A DNA stretch of 59,274 nt, the filler included, from Sphacelaria rigidula (Eukaryota): assembly GCA_964200075.2 (NCBI GenBank). It is 10 parts of 10 records of this genome, joined end to end, with 100 filler letters (N's around TTAATTAATTAA, not from the genome) between each part and the next. Parts side by side here need not be neighbours in the genome. Positions count along the whole stretch, not along the records: positions 35,627 to 41,463 come from CAXNAA020024074.1; positions 41,564 to 47,400 come from CAXNAA020024075.1; positions 47,501 to 53,337 come from CAXNAA020024076.1; 7 more parts are not named here. One strand, given 5' to 3'. The stretch's first letter is position 1. The number at the start of each line of letters is the position of its first letter. The notes under the pieces were generated by a model. That model worked only from the letters and a program-made list of their open reading frames with translations, was not told the origin of the DNA and did not search any database. Positions 35,990-48,007 of this stretch are shown here, one piece after another. The position numbers and the translations under genes are program-made.

Positions 35990-38437
35990 AGGCTGGTTCA
36001 CGCTCATCAACCAATAAAAACAATCATCCGCGAAACTTCACGCCATTTTTAGGAGTTAGAGCCTGAAATTCGCACATATTACTGTGGGTCATTTCGCAAG
36101 TTTCGGACGTGGAAGATGTTGTACGTCTTGACCCTTTTCACCGTTTTTCGGGAGTCCCAGGATTTGAGGGGGAACTTGGATCGCGTCGGACCCCGTAAAA
36201 CGGTAAAATAAGTCGAAACGTACAAAACCTCGTCCATCAAAAGTTGCGTAATAATCCGTAGCAAAATAGTGCAAAGTTTCAGCGTCTAACTCCTGAAAAC
36301 GGCGTGAAGTTGTGCGTGTTTGTGACATGACGTGAGCTTGCAACGTGAAAACTATTAACTATTGTGACGGTTTTTAAGAGATAACCAACTAGACTACTGA
36401 CCAGTCAGCGACTTTTGTGACGGTTTTAAGAGATAACCAACTACACTACCTGACCAGTCAGGTAGTGTAGTTGGTTATCTCTTAAACCGTCACAAAAGTT
36501 AGTCGCTGGTTCGATTCCCGTCGAACGCACTTTCTTAGAAGAAAAAAGAGGAGAGGAAAAACTTCTGTAAAAAATTGGCCCAAAGAGAAAAAGGGCCGGG
36601 TATAGCCTGGTGCGCACAGCTGCTGCAGCACAGGGAGTATGTTAGGAGTTGACTGCTACTGACCGCAGTGCCCATAATCTTGGAATGAGTGGGAGAGACG
36701 AGTAATTCTAGGGTATGGTGAGAGTGATCACATCAGAGGTCCTGATTGCAGTCGATCGAGCGCTGGCAAGGGGAGTCGCCCTCCTCGGAGTGAAAGTGAC
36801 GGGGATTGAACCCTCACGACCAACTCTTGTGACGGTTTTAAGAGACAACCAACGAGACTACTGACCAGTCAGCCGATTCCGTCCATGATCCCTGGCCAAC
36901 CCCTTCTGCTTGGTCAGTAGTCTCGTTGGTTGTCTCTTAAAACCGTCACAAGAGTTAGTCGTGGGGGTTCAATCCCCGTCACTTTCACTCCGAGGAGGGC
37001 GACTCCCCTTACCAGCCTATCGACTGCCATCAGGACCTCTAGTGTTGTCCCTTCTCACCGTACCCTGGAGTAACTCGTCTCCCCCACTCGTTTCTAGAGT
37101 GGGTGCACTGGGGACCGTAGCAGTCAACTTCTAACATACTTCCTGTGCTGCAGCAGCTGTGCGCACCAGGCTATACCCCACCCTTTTTCTCTTTGGGCCA
37201 ATTTTTTACCGAGGTTTCCTCTCCTTGGAGCCAATTTTTTACAGAGGTTTTCTCTCCTCTTTTTTCATCAAAGAAAGTGCGTTCGACGGGAATCGAACCA
37301 GCGACTAACTTTTGTGACGGTTTCAAGAGATAACCAACTAGACTACTGACCAGTCAGCCTCGCTGACTGGTCAGTAGTCTAGTTGGTTATTTCTTAAAAC
37401 CGTCACACTACTTGGTTTTAATATGAGGACGTCCTTTTAGGTGTAGTTAACGTCAAGGCGAGAAAAACTTCGTGAGATTTGCGAGTGTCGACCAAACTTC
37501 TTGCATAATTAAATGGTATACAGTCCACTGACCAGCGGCAATCGTCGTGAATTGAGCATGTTTCCAAGCCATTGATGTTATCTGCTGCTTCACAAGAAGA
37601 ATATGGGAGAGAACGGTCCTAGCATACAGACCCCCGGAAGCCGGCACCGAATGCCTTGAAACAACGAAAAGAAGAGCTCGTCCCGGGGTAGTCCGAGGAC
37701 TTCACACCAGGTTCCGTTCTGAAACTCTGTTTCAAATGATGCAAGGGGGTCGGTTGCATGTCAAACGTACCCGACAAAGGCTTGTCTATACTCAAATAAA
37801 CTAGTTAGGAAGTTGTACCGGGCACGCCAAACTTCAGCGGACTCATCCGCAAAACCTCACATCGGGTTTTAGGGACAGACTCCGAAAATTTGCACACGTG
37901 TACCATACGCCATTATAAAACCTTTTATGGACGGGTTTTTTTCCTCCCCATATAACCCAGGTTATCGAGTAAGGTTCCAGAAAGGCATGTGATCCGCATG
38001 ATCCCCGAATTCCCTGGGACCCCCAATAACCGGCGACCGAAAAATGACAGGACGCCGCTCTCGAAATCTCCGTAATGACGAGCAATGTTACAGTAGGGGT
38101 GCACTTCTTGCGCGAAATCTTGTCTAGTTCAGGGGCTCCTGACGATTCTAGATTGCACAAGAACATGGGTTAGGGCATCCCCGTTTGGAAATGCATTCGG
38201 AATATCTGTAGCACACTGAGATAGCAATCCTGGCGTACTCTTCACATATTTTTTAAGTGGTGTTTCGGATGAGATATAGGGCTCCTAACAACTCTAACCT
38301 CAGAAAATATTTGTGCACCCCTACCGTAGCATACCCCTGACCTAAACTATATGCGAGACAATTTCAGAGTCCAACTCCAAAACCGGCGTGAGCTTTTGCG
38401 TATGAATTCGCTTCGGGTAATGAGCGTGGACCAGCCT
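35990..38437. mobile_element. Non-autonomous PIF/Harbinger-like element, 2448 bp including the nested insertion
   Basis: TIR AGGCTGGT(T/C)CACGCTCAT at both ends, 3-bp TSD GAC (35987-35989 and 38438-38440). The AGGCTGG terminus recurs at 6643, 6763 and 35511. Confidence 0.65.
36363..37407. mobile_element. Palindromic non-autonomous element with TGT...ACA ends, 4-bp TSD and tRNA-derived terminal repeats (possibly Ginger-like or otherwise integrase-mobilised)
   Basis: Ends TGTGACGG...CCGTCACA. Flanks are CTAT (36359-36362) and CTAC (37408-37411). Inverted arms about 36461-36868 and 36911-37352. An empty-site homolog lies at 7501-7600. Confidence 0.75.
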
Positions 38438-40195
38438 GACCGACAATTGAAAACACTTGTGGATGCAGTACAGGTAGATGGCGGCGAGCAAAACTAAAGT
38501 TCAACAAGGGGCATTTGGGGTACACACGGAGAGCTCTCTGTCAACAGGGTCGTTGGATGCACCAAGCGTTCTGGGGGAGTACCGGGGACAGATCCGCGAT
38601 CACGCAGGCCAGTGCCGTGCACCAGGAATTCTCAACCCCTCAGCAAGCGCAGCGTAACCAATTGTGCAGGGTTGTACGGCCGCTTTGGTACACGCAAACA
38701 TATATTGTTCATTGCGCGGAGCGTGAACGAATCATATCCACGCACAAAGCACGAAAAAAGACGCGCCTAACTATATGCTGGTCGATAATACTAGAAGGTG
38801 GTGCGCACATTGCTCATCGCTGCTGCTGACAACGGAGAAGTCCGTGAGTGTACGTGATTTTGTATACCAGATACATTGACGACGGTTTGCGGAAGTCTGC
38901 CAATCTGGACACCTCTCGTCTAAGCCGTGTGCTATTTTGAGAGAGAGGCTCTCGCTTGTCTGGGGCGAATATCTGTCAATATATATACATATATCATACT
39001 TGGCTTTAAGCAATGTCCACGCCACCTAATGCGTGCTCCAAGCATATACCTAAGACGGTACAGCTGTTAGGGGACGGGAGGGACATACGGACTCGTTCCG
39101 AGGAACGGCGGGGGATTATAAATGTGCCAAAACAAAACAAACTGCACGTACTTCGGAACACTCACTTTACAAGCGACCGATACTCTAGGTACTCGCACAT
39201 ACTGATTGATCCGTGGCGTTAATACTGTGGATCCTCTAGAACACCCCGTGATTCGGGGAGTCGGTAATCCGGGTACTCGGTATACTGAATTTTTCTTGAG
39301 AACACCGAGTACGACAACGAGTATTTTGGGAGGGTGGGTATCCGGGTAAACCATAGTATCCAGTTTTTCAGCATTCGGTTCTCCGGGAACTCCGGAGTAC
39401 CCAATATTTCTGCAGGCGATCCTCGGGGTCCTCGTGGTACTGAGTGTTTATCTCAGTGAGTATACCGAGTACGACATCAAATATTTTGAGGGGTACTCCG
39501 GGTACGCTGGAATATTGAGTACTACAGACCTGAATGCAGAACCCTACTCTACCCTACGGACCTTTGGATGATACCAATGATCCTCGGATGATCAAACCAA
39601 CTCACAGCTACCGAAGCTAATGCTTGATGCTCAACGTACACCGACGGCAAACACAACAAATGTCACGATTCTGTACGGGAAAGCAAAGGGGGACACAAAA
39701 ACTGTGTATGGGCATGTAAATAGTTGTTAAAGGCCTACCACATTTCGACAACAGCGGGTGACAGGGGCAGTCCGAGCGAAACAGCAATAGCAGAGCTAAA
39801 AAACGATATACTGTATATATGCACATGAATCCCGTGTACCCACGGTGTTCGCGTTGTGTGCAGCGAACGCTTCGATACTCAAAACTATGCCACAAAACCA
39901 CTCTACACGCATACAGCAGTTTTTAATACAACCCACAGAAATACAACACTACAAAAAACCGAAGCACACGAGGAAGATGCAGACTGAATACACAGCAAAA
40001 AAAAGCTAGTTGAAACGATATCGTACCAACCTCCCAACGCCAACGCCAACAGCAACCCCCGATCCCCAACGCCAAACCTACCACCATCCTCGCATCCCCC
40101 CGCCGCGGCAGAAGGCAACAGCTACCCCCAACGCCGAACAAACGTCGTTCAGAAGAGATGCTTGATACAAGATCAACAATACCAGATCGATCGTA

Positions 40196-41342
40196 TCATA
40201 TGTTCCATGGTTGGGTATCTTCTCCCGGTGCATTTCCGCCCCCCCACATATCTCCTCGCCCACCGGCCCCACCGCGGCTGCCGACGTCGTCGGTGGTCTC
40301 CAGTTGGTCTTCCAGCGAGTCGTTTTGTCGCTGATGCCCTTCCCTGCGCCCCTCGGTTCGGGGATTATTGGCATCGGTAGAATCTTCCTGTTGTGGTGGT
40401 GTTGCTGCTGCTGCTCCTGCTCCTGCTGTTGTAGGCGGTGATCGATGGGAGGCTGAATGCTCTTCATCATTGGATAACCTGCCACCAAAAAAAGCGGGAG
40501 ATAGAAAAACACGACAGAACAAGGTACTCTGAACAACAAAAAAAAAGGACGAACATACGTAGATCATCATCGTTGACTTCAGTTCACGCCATGTTAAATC
40601 AACACGAACCTAGGCACACTGGATTGGGATTGTCCGCTGAAGCATGTCCGGTAGTCCACGGCTGAAAGGAAAAAAAGGTTGCGTTTGTCTCTCGTTTTTT
40701 CCCCCTATGGTACAGCATGTGATGGATAAGTAATACACGTTTCAGTGCGATGTGCTCCGGGGCCCGCAGCCCACGAAGAACAAGTACTGCGCGTACAGTT
40801 CACGTGCGTGGGTTTCTCTTTCTCGTCTGATGCACAGTGAGTACTGTACGATAAGGTTCCAGAGTATGTCAACGGGACAGTGTCATGATACGCCACCAAC
40901 CCCAGGAACGACAAAAGAAACCCTTGAGCCAGTGCAATCACCTTCGCAATTGTAACGGCGGCTCAAGTTCAGCAGCAGACCCCTCATCATCCTCCAACGC
41001 CGAGGCAGGCCTCTTGACCCCGACCCCTTCCTCCGCCTCACTCCTTTCTCGACCACCATCGGCCAAGCCCTCTCTGTCCGCCGCTGTACCGCTTTCCCCT
41101 ACTTCATCCAGGTCACCGGAAGCCGGCGGCGCCGCCTGCGCCCCAGGCCCGGTAACAGATGACTCAGGTCCCGGGGCTGGCGCTTGCGCGCCCCAGCTGC
41201 CGCCGCCGCCGCGGTTGTGTTCTGACGTCGCTGCTAATGAGGATCTCGAACTTCTGCTTCTTGCGGCGGCAGTTGGGATGACGGCGCCTCGGGATCTACG
41301 GTTGGCTCGTATCCCGGCTTTCATGGCGCCCCGCAGTTGGAA
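40196..41342 (-). CDS. Last two coding exons of an unidentified gene; low-complexity, probably disordered C-terminus
   Basis: Exon 41342-40942 (aag|FQLRGAMKAGIRANRR...LEPPLQLR AG|gtgatt) splices in phase 2 to exon 40478-40196 (tttttggtggcag|G LSNDEEHSASH...QPWNI stop). Both are GC-rich and open. Confidence 0.7.
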
Positions 41343-41825
41343 CTTGTGTGCGTGTGTGTATTTGGGAAGAGGGAAGGGGGGGGGGGGGGGGGGTGCGAGA
41401 CGAGCGGGGCGGGGGGAAGGGAAAAGGGGCAGTGCCTGGCGGCGAGACCGAGAAAGAGAAAGANNNNNNNNNNNNNNNNNNNNNNNNNNNNNNNNNNNNN
41501 NNNNNNNTTAATTAATTAANNNNNNNNNNNNNNNNNNNNNNNNNNNNNNNNNNNNNNNNNNNNCACCCTGCTAAGATTGTTCGGCCCAAACACCAAGTTC
41601 AGGATATGCAACACTAGATCACGGCTGGATCCCTCAGGCATAAGTTAATGTGCAACAATAAACCAATGAGAAATAGGCACATGCAACACCGATCACATGA
41701 ACACCCTTGACTTTCCCCCCCTAAACTCCGTGCTCACAAGTCACACGCCGCAGGTTTTGTCATTTTTGTCTACATTTTCTGCTGTTCTTCGGGGTTATTC
41801 ACTGCGCCCTGGTTATCTAAATTCA

Positions 41826-41944
41826 CCCTTCGGGAATCCATTGACGCTAATTTGTCTTTGTGAATCGGAATCATTTTGACTCGAAAATGACTGAAAATGA
41901 TGCCGATTCACAAAAACAACGATCGTCAGTGGGTCCCAAAAGGG
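41826..41944. mobile_element. 119-bp piggyBac-like MITE; the same terminus starts at 35477
   Basis: TTCA|CCCTTCGGGAATCCATTGACG...CGTCAGTGGGTCCCAAAAGGG|TTAA. At 35473 the sequence reads TTAA|CCCTTTTGGGACC. Confidence 0.65.
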
Positions 41945-42929
41945 TTAAAATGACACATCTAAAATCACCCTGGGCGAAATCATTCGGGTTCGATATCATG
42001 GCAGGTGCAGTTTTCATTTCTCCTATGAAAAGCATCTGATTTCTGTCGTTAAAAGCGTGAGAGCGTGAATAAATAATGTTTGTCTGACGCGAATGGATGC
42101 GATGCGGGAGTGTTGGTCATGATCCAGATCCGCGATACCAAGATGTAAAGCGTGCACCGGGTCAGTGATGCGTTGAATACTTGAGGCTACGGGCTCGTCC
42201 CAAGGGAGTGGAGGGGTTAAAAGTGCGACGTAATGGGGAAAAAAGTGTCGTGAGGAAGGGGACGGATTGAAAGCGTGACGAAACGAGAAACAAAACACAC
42301 ACGCATGCATTTTCTGCTTCTTCCATTTCGAACTGCATTTTTTTGTTTCCCTTTCTGCTGTCTTCTTTTCCGTAACTTTTTTGCTCACCTACTCTGATCT
42401 GTTCTACCTCGGGTTTTTTTTCTTCACTTTTTTCAAGCCAGTGTTTCACTTTTCTTCTGTCCCTGATACGTGAATGATGTGACCGTGGCTGGATCCCTCC
42501 ATCAATCAATTTATCAATCAAATCGAGTAAAATCAACCAATCTTCATCTCAACGCTTACGGCGCCGGTCCTCTTTCCGGAACAAAACACCATCGCGTGTC
42601 CGTTAACGCTGACAAACTTGACAGTACAGCCGAGTAGCCCCCGTCCGTTTTGCGAGCACTATACGTCTCCGATGATACGATGCTATGTATACATGTCATG
42701 TATTTCCGTGATATCTCGTATCTTGAACTCATGTACACGTTTTACTGTTCAAGCCAAGCGATGATTTTTTCTCAGATAATTGCAGTAAAGTCGATCTGTA
42801 CTGGGCAAAATTGGTCCGTTATGCCATCTAGTACTCGAAGGGGCTCACACTACGAGTAGAGTCCTTCGCTTTTGACTGTTCATACGAGTAGGTGCTGAGG
42901 CCCCGTCTTATCCAGAGTAAAAATGATAA

Positions 42930-42968
42930 ATGAGATTGTGAGATTGTGAGATTGTGAGATTGTGAGAT
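42930..42968. repeat. (TGAGATTG)n 8-bp microsatellite; other simple repeats are poly-G at 66-97, 29493-29514 and 29721-29769, and (TA)n at 2108-2164
   Basis: Directly visible. Confidence 0.9.
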
Positions 42969-43683
42969 GGTGATAATTCAAAATGAGAGAATGACAGACA
43001 GCCGACGCATGGCACCCATTTTACGTTATCTTTCGCATGCCCGTATTCATTCTAAGACAAAAATAATAATAATGAATAAATAAATGGAGGAACAATCCGA
43101 TGAGAGTGCGAAGGGGAATGTCAACTGGTTGCCACGCATGGGCTGTTCCTCATTCTCATTATCATCACTACAATCTCACTGATATTTTTGTTATTTCGGT
43201 AAGACGTGGCCTGATACCAGCAGGTTGGTTGATCGATTCGTTGATTGATCGACTGATTGGTCGATTGGTTAATTGATTGGTTTATGAATGAATGGATGGA
43301 TTGATTGCCGCACTTCAACTGATCCCCGAGGTAGTCATGATCCAGCCGTGGTCGTTATCCACATGATGGACGTACCCGAGACAAATACAAAAGTAAAACA
43401 CTCGCTTCAAAAAAAGTGAAGAAAACAGAAGAGGTAGAACAGACAGAGTGGGAAAGAAACAAACAACAACTCAAGAATAAGAGAAAAGAAAAAAAACATC
43501 AAGATCCGAAAATCTGTGTACCCAGAAGATGAACGAAATACGCCCAATCCTTCCACCGCTAGGGTGGGGCATCTGAGTTTCGCAGTCATCCTATCAATTC
43601 AGAACTATGCCGATTCAACATATGACCCATTCTGGCGTCAGAGGGTTAAACGTCACCATCAGTCAGTCTCCTTCAGCGCTCAC

Positions 43684-46600
43684 CTTGGCTTCCTCCAACA
43701 CCTCAGGCGGAGCGGTTGCCTCAAACTCTGCTTGCTCCTTCAACCGCAGCTCCTCCATAAACTCGCGAGCCAATTCCCTCTCCTTCTCGATCTGCTCCGC
43801 CACCTTCTCCAAATTGATCCTATTTTTCAGCAAGGGGCATGGCATTCCAAAATTCCAATGGTGTTCGTACGGCGTCCAAAATAAATGACGCCATTTCATT
43901 CCATTCGATCCGACCCGATCCGACCCAATTGGATTGATTTCGATTGATTTTACACGTCGGGCAGATCACGATACGTCTGAAAATTAGGTCTCCTCAGAAC
44001 GCTAATCCGGATCATGATCTAGATCATATGACCCCCCATTTCTCATGTTTGCTCCTTACAGCGCCGGACGCCGAGCACGCCGACTTGCGCAAAGGTTGCG
44101 CTTTGGCTTTTCTGACTCCGTGGTCACATACGTCGTGCTTTTGGACCAACAGATTCGAGCGTCTTGTTTGATGAGTTGTTTCAGACAGACCATGATCTAT
44201 CCGACGTGTGACCAATTTTCTATTCGATTGGTGATTGATTGGTTAGGCTGTCACTACATCAACTGATACGCTTCGAGTCTACTCGTGTTCAGCCACAAGG
44301 AAGATTGATGGATTGATTGATGAATGGATTGATGGATTGATTGATTGACTGATTGATGGAGGGCCTGTATTGGCACATGACTTTTCGATCGAAATTGTGC
44401 GGTGGAAAGCAAAAATCCCGATCTGATAGGTCCTAATTTCAATCATCATCGTAAAAAAAATATATATATATGGTTGAAATCATGACCTATCAGATCGGGA
44501 TTTTTGCTTTCCACCGCACTTTTTTGATCGAAAAATCATGTGCCAAGACACGGCCTGGTTGATCGATCGATTGATTGATTGATTGTCGCACTTCAGCTGA
44601 TGCCCCAGGAATCATGATCCAGCAGCCGTGGTCATTATCCATATGATGGACGAAACCGAGATGAAGACAAAATGGAAACACCCGCTGAAGGAACGTGAAG
44701 GACACCGAATGATACAAACAGACATACACGAGATAGATACCTCGAAGAAACACTCGGAAAAGGGAAGTCGACAAAATGGACAAAGCGGCAAACGAAGAGC
44801 GAACGAAGTGCGCAGTGGGGCTCCGACACAGATGCACGTCGAAATCGCTCGTCACAAGTCCGATCCGCTAAACTTTATATTCAAGGGACCAAAATGAGCT
44901 AACCCAAAGTAACTAATCGAATAGGAGTACGCTCAAATCCCTTGTCCAAAAATACGCAGTACGTGACAGCAGGGTCCGAGAAGCCACAGCAATTATTTCA
45001 CTACTCCGCGTGCTCAGTGTCCAGCGTTGTAGAGAGTATATTTTACAGTTCGGACGAATCATCGCCGGTTGGAATCACCGAATCCACGATTTTTCAGGCC
45101 TGGTTGCTCGAAAGAGGGAGAAAAGTTGATCGCTGGTCAAGGAGGTCTGCACGCAATTTTTGCGCCATTGCACGCGCCTGGACTACGCGTACCTGGGTTG
45201 CAACGCTGAAGACAAAATCTAAGGATTGATTCGTCCGGTACGAATCAATTGCACTAAAATCAAGTTTTTCCGGACGAATCATTAATTCGTCCGACCCTTG
45301 GTAAATTTGGAAGAAAACAAAAAAAGATCATGATCCCGATCAGTACACTAGTATGAAGTAATACTCATTAGTCAGGTGACCGATGAGGCGTGAAATATTG
45401 GTAAATATAGTGGTTGCTGGCGCCGTCCAGTGGTCTAGTCGATATGTACGCCAAAAATCAGTTCGGGTGAAAGGTTGCCGGTTCGACTCCCAGCAGGTAG
45501 TTTTTTTCCCTCGAAAGAATCAGATTTCTGCCGTTAAATACGTGAGGACGCAGGGAGCGCAGAATAAAAAGATAGCGATAAGAGTGGATGGGATGCCGAA
45601 GAGTTCATCCAACTTTCGGTACGAGCTGGGCCAGCTTAAAAGCTGCTGAAACTTGCTCACACCACAGCTTTCCCAGTTTTCCGAATGAACCCAATGTAAG
45701 CATATCACTGTGACGTATAGACCAACCTGGTGACACACGGCACCGCCGCTGAATGAAAAAAATAAATGAAAATAATGTACTGCATAATGTATTACCTTAA
45801 CGACGGACGAAAAAAACAGAGAATATGTCGGGATTCGAACTCATGACCTTCATAATTGGAGTCTCCCATCACTTGATTTATAGGGGTGCCTCAGCGTCAC
45901 GGAAAATGTTAAACGCACGGCCCAATTCGACGAGTCTTGAGCTGAAATTTCAGGAAGACCTTCTGCGTCCAAGGGACTGATACTTCACGAGTCCAGCTGC
46001 AGATTCTCCTTTTTTTCCTGGACTTGAGGCATTATCTTGTTTTTGCTGAAATTTCAAATGCCCATAACTTCTTATTTTTTACTTCCATATTTTTTGGACC
46101 CGTGATCTTCTGCATTTTGATCATGAAAAGCTGCTGTCAAAATTTCAGCGTCCAACTCCGGATATCGCGCCGTGCATCGCCTGACCGAGATTCACACGTA
46201 CTCTTGGCTGGCCCAGCGCGTATCGAAATTCCATGCAGGACCCGGGGCGAGTGATGGAGGGACCCCGTAGACTCTGGACTTATTTTCAGAAAGGGAGCGG
46301 GTTTAGAGCATGGCGAATGTGTACGTACATGCATATATATATATATATTCTTTACATGTACATTTTGTGCGTTACTGCACATACAAGTCATCATTTGTGT
46401 TCCGTTACTTCTCAGTCAACTCCACCGATTGATTCGGGACGGTTTTCCCGTTTTTTCGCCTCAGATGCATTTACCACTTGACCACGGCTGAGATCCTTGG
46501 CGGAACAGTCACGGCTGGCACAATCAACGAGCCGACAACAAAGCAACCAAATCGAATCAAATCGAATTGACCTGTCAGTCCATGACCTCATCGATCACAA

Positions 46601-47126
46601 CATAATCTCACCATGTGAGTGTCCATCGACCAGTCGATAAACCAACCAATCAACAAACCCAACCGTTCATGAGTCATGCCACGGTAGCGGTTACACGTTT
46701 GAGACCAAACGTTTCTCACTGACGGGGCTCCTGACAGTTAAACACTGCACAAAAATATAGTTCCGGACTCCTTCCCGTTATCAAATTCATTCGAGACATC
46801 CCTAGCCCATTGGAAAATGCTAACCATGCCGTGCTCTCGCATACTGCGGGAGTCGTTGTCTTGGGTGAGACGAAAGGCTCCTGACAATTTCACACCCGAG
46901 AAGTACTGTGTTCACCACTACCGCTGTACCACTTCTAACCATCAAGCGATCACAAGATGATGTCACCGAAGTGATCCAATCAACCAACGGAAATCGATCT
47001 ATCAACCAACCAATCATTCCATCATACTGTATAGTGATCTCACCAAGGGATGTCCGCATCCGCGACGTTATGAGATTCATTCCAGTCGTAAACCGCCTTC
47101 ATGGCGAGGTCCCCGAGAGCCTCCGC
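43684..47126 (-). CDS. Two internal exons of an unidentified gene; Glu-rich, coiled-coil-like segment
   Basis: Exon 47126-47044 (tag|AEALGDLAMKAVYDWNESHNVADADIP TG|gtgaga) joins exon 43819-43684 (tag|G INLEKVAEQIEKERELAREFMEELRLKEQAEFEATAPPEVLEEAK|gtgagc). The split codon TG+G restores Trp. The 3.2-kb intron is full of MITEs. Confidence 0.75.
45045..45300. mobile_element. About 250-bp MITE family bounded by CGGACGAAT...ATTCGTCCG; other copies at 1930-2239 (inverted, in an IPO4 intron), 29886-30113 and 30865-31133
   Basis: Four colinear diverged copies on three contigs share GAATCACC.AATCCACGA and GATTCGT.CGGTACGAAT and short inverted ends. Confidence 0.7.
45622..46220. mobile_element. TA-flanked Tc1/mariner-like non-autonomous element; second copy at 56519-57064, isolated ends at about 53701-53716 and 57690
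   Basis: TA|CGAGCTGGGCCAGC...GCTGGCCCAGCGCG|TA. Internal blocks are shared with 56519-57064. Confidence 0.75.
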
Positions 47127-48007
47127 CTAGACCGACGAAATCATCAAATTCACAGAAAAAACATCGCAATGGGCAGGGAGGGGGTGTACTCATGATCATG
47201 AATGCAGTAGTCACATGACCGTTGACCTCGCATCCCTACAAAGCCGGGACGGAGAACGCCGGGTTTTCGCCGGACCATGCTTGCAATCATTTACCAAGCG
47301 CGAAGCGCAGTGGTGTGTTCGGCGAGTCGCATGAAGCGTGAGCTACATCTCGCAAAGATTGTTCGGCCCGAAGCCTACTGATTATCTTGAATATGGATGA
47401 NNNNNNNNNNNNNNNNNNNNNNNNNNNNNNNNNNNNNNNNNNNNTTAATTAATTAANNNNNNNNNNNNNNNNNNNNNNNNNNNNNNNNNNNNNNNNNNNN
47501 CCACATATACCGAAAGGTGTAGCCCGGCGTCCAGAACAGATGGGACGACAACACACACACAACACACAACAGTGACCGAAGCCGCTCACTCTTTTTTGTC
47601 ATTTTCCATACGTACTGAACGCGGGATGTGTCATACTCTTGCCCGTCGAGATCGTTTGTGCGCCGCGTTCTGTTCATGGAATTAGTTTGTACATATTGAA
47701 TTGCATAGCTTCGTGAATGATGTATGGAAATATTTGCTCAGAGCTACGGTGAATACGCTTGCAGAACTTTTACTACAATTATGCTGCAAATCATGTTCTG
47801 ATGGGGGTGATAAAAAAAAATATACATTGCCGGGCGAATACTGCAACAGCACCCGAGGAAACCAACGCTGGTCGCTCGGTAGAGTGTACGCGTATGCTCT
47901 TGTGGGTAGGCAGTAACCTGGCTCTACGTAGCTTCGGTTATATTCGCCTTGTTAGTCTCGTTTCGGTCGCGGCTGTTGTAGCGTTTGTAGAAAGCTAGAA
48001 CGTGAAT

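Noticed and set aside
36455..36524. Functional tRNA genes here and at the other A/B-box sites
   Set aside because: Acceptor and anticodon stems do not pair, and all copies sit in repeats.
36363..37407. CRISPR array from the recurring 46-bp motif
   Set aside because: The copies alternate in orientation, spacing is irregular, the intervening bodies are homologous to each other, and there are no cas genes.
42556..42625. Extra minus-strand exon FVSVNGHAMVFCSGKRTGA|gtaagc
   Set aside because: The acceptor is weak and the same CCGGCGC.GTAAG end recurs at about 44055-44067, suggesting a repeat boundary.
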